Below are positions 48,242 to 49,284 of a stretch of DNA of 49,284 bases, in pieces. This stretch comes from Fonticula alba ATCC 38817 (lineage: Eukaryota; Protista; Nucleariida), in the NCBI GenBank assembly GCA_000388065.2, contig KB932201.1; one strand, given 5' to 3'. The notes under the pieces were generated by a model that was not told the origin of the DNA, did not search any database, and was given only the letters and a program-made list of their open reading frames with translations. The position numbers were made by a program, and so were the translations under genes. The number at the start of each line of letters is the position of its first letter. Within the stretch, counting starts at the first letter, position 1.

Positions 48242-48987
48242 ATGTCCTCCGCCCCCGCCGCCAACGCCTCCTTCGCCAACCGCGCCCGCGCGTTCATCAA
48301 CCACCCTGCCGGTGCGTGCGCAGCTGCTCCTTGACCTTGTCGCGTGGTGATCCCCTCTCACACCGGCCCGCTTCCCCCCTCCCCCCCCCTCCCCCCATGC
48401 AGGGCCCCTGACCATCCACTTCTGGGCCCCCGCCGCCAAGTGGGTGCTCGTCCTTGCCGGTATCCGTGACATCAATCGCCCGGCCGAGAACCTTTCCATG
48501 CTCCAGTCCGCCGGTGCGTTTGACGCCCTCCCCCACTTGCTTCCATGACCGACCCTCCCCCACCGCCCAACACCCGGCCCAGGATCCTGCCCGCCCCTGC
48601 GCCCACACATGTGCATGCCTCTCCGCCCTTGCTCCTTCTCACGACGCTCCCTCCCTTCGGCCTCCCCTGCACGACGCTCTTCCGATCTGTGCGTTTGACG
48701 CCCTCCCCCACTTGCTTCCATGACCGACCCTCCCCCACCGCCCAACACCCGGCCCAGGATCCTGCCCGCCCCTGCGCCCACACATGTGCATGCCTCTCCG
48801 CCCTTGCTCCTTCTCACGACGCTCCCTCCCTTCGGCCTCCCCTGGCGACCGATGCCACAGGCCTGGCCTCTACCGGTTTCATTTGGGCCCGCTATTCGAC
48901 CCAGATCACCCCGATCAACTACTCGTTGATGGTGGTCAACCTGTTCGTCGGGTTCACCGGCCTCTACCAGGTCGTGCGCATCCTCAA
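48242..48987 (+). CDS. MPC2: Mitochondrial pyruvate carrier 2-like protein (last exon beyond the window)
   Basis: Exons 48242-48311, 48403-48513, 48861-48987: FINHPAGPLTIHFWAPAAKWVLVLAGIRDINRPAENLS..QSA..LASTGFIWARYSTQITPINYSLMVVNLFVGFTGLYQVVRI. HPAGP.T..FWAP is MPC2-type. Confidence 0.92.
48670..48688 (+). other. Illumina adapter remnant (3' end of the TruSeq Read 1 primer/adapter)
   Basis: Exact CACGACGCTCTTCCGATCT. Confidence 0.95.
48689..48844 (+). repeat. Artefactual duplicate of 48514-48669
   Basis: 156-nt copy directly after the adapter remnant. Confidence 0.9.
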
Positions 48988-49062
48988 GTGCGTCATGCCT
49001 TCTTGTCGCCGCTCCCTCTCTCCTGCGACCTCTCCCTTTCTGACAGGCTTCCCTCCCCCTTC

Positions 49063-49081
49063 AGATCGGAAGAGCGTCGTG
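49063..49081 (-). other. Illumina adapter read-through (reverse complement of the Read 1 adapter end)
   Basis: Exact AGATCGGAAGAGCGTCGTG. Confidence 0.95.
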
Positions 49082-49258
49082 GGCCCGCTATTCGACCCAG
49101 ATCACCCCGATCAACTACTCGTTGATGGTGGTCAACCTGTTCGTCGGGTTCACCGGCCTCTACCAGGTCGTGCGCATCCTCAAGTGCGTCATGCCTTCTT
49201 GTCGCCGCTCCCTCTCTCCTGCGACCTCTCCCTTTCTGACAGGCTTCCCTCCCCCTTC
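49081..49258 (+). repeat. Artefactual duplicate of 48885-49062 (partial MPC2 exon 3 plus intron)
   Basis: 178-nt copy directly after the adapter remnant. Confidence 0.9.
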
Positions 49259-49284
49259 CTCTCGAAACACACACACACACACAC

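Noticed and set aside
49081-49258. Tandem MPC2 exon as a real alternative or mutually exclusive exon
   Set aside because: The copy is 100% identical, lacks the exon's 5' end and acceptor, and is joined by an Illumina adapter.

Overview
GC-rich, intron-containing eukaryotic scaffold. Introns and spacers are pyrimidine-rich and full of microsatellites, and there are five N gaps. The style resembles a unicellular opisthokont such as Fonticula; this is an impression, not a verified identification. I manually assembled ten spliced gene models (eight complete, two 5'-truncated by gaps or 3'-truncated by the window end); every splice junction is reading-frame consistent. In order: a ~2,640-aa divergent NOT4/CNOT4-type RING-RRM-ZnF protein apparently spliced to an ankyrin module (+); an NF-YB-like histone-fold protein with a huge His/Pro/Gln N-terminal region (-); Aquarius helicase (-); tubulin cofactor A (+); a multi-FKBP/TPR immunophilin (-); a TUG/ASPSCR1-like UBX protein (+); Twinkle (-); a ~1,900-2,000-aa orphan with a mitochondrial-type presequence (+); HEATR3/Syo1 (-); and MPC2 (+). 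No tRNA, rRNA, CRISPR array or transposon is supported. The most unusual signals are: (1) a 5' splice-site consensus with C at +4 in 31 of 36 introns; (2) the NOT4-ankyrin architecture with a GC-AG intron and a candidate 12-nt microexon; (3) a duplicated 26-residue motif showing mostly synonymous divergence inside the NF-YB low-complexity region; (4) the orphan mitochondrial-like protein head-to-head with Twinkle. The MPC2 locus contains two Illumina adapter remnants that create false tandem duplications.
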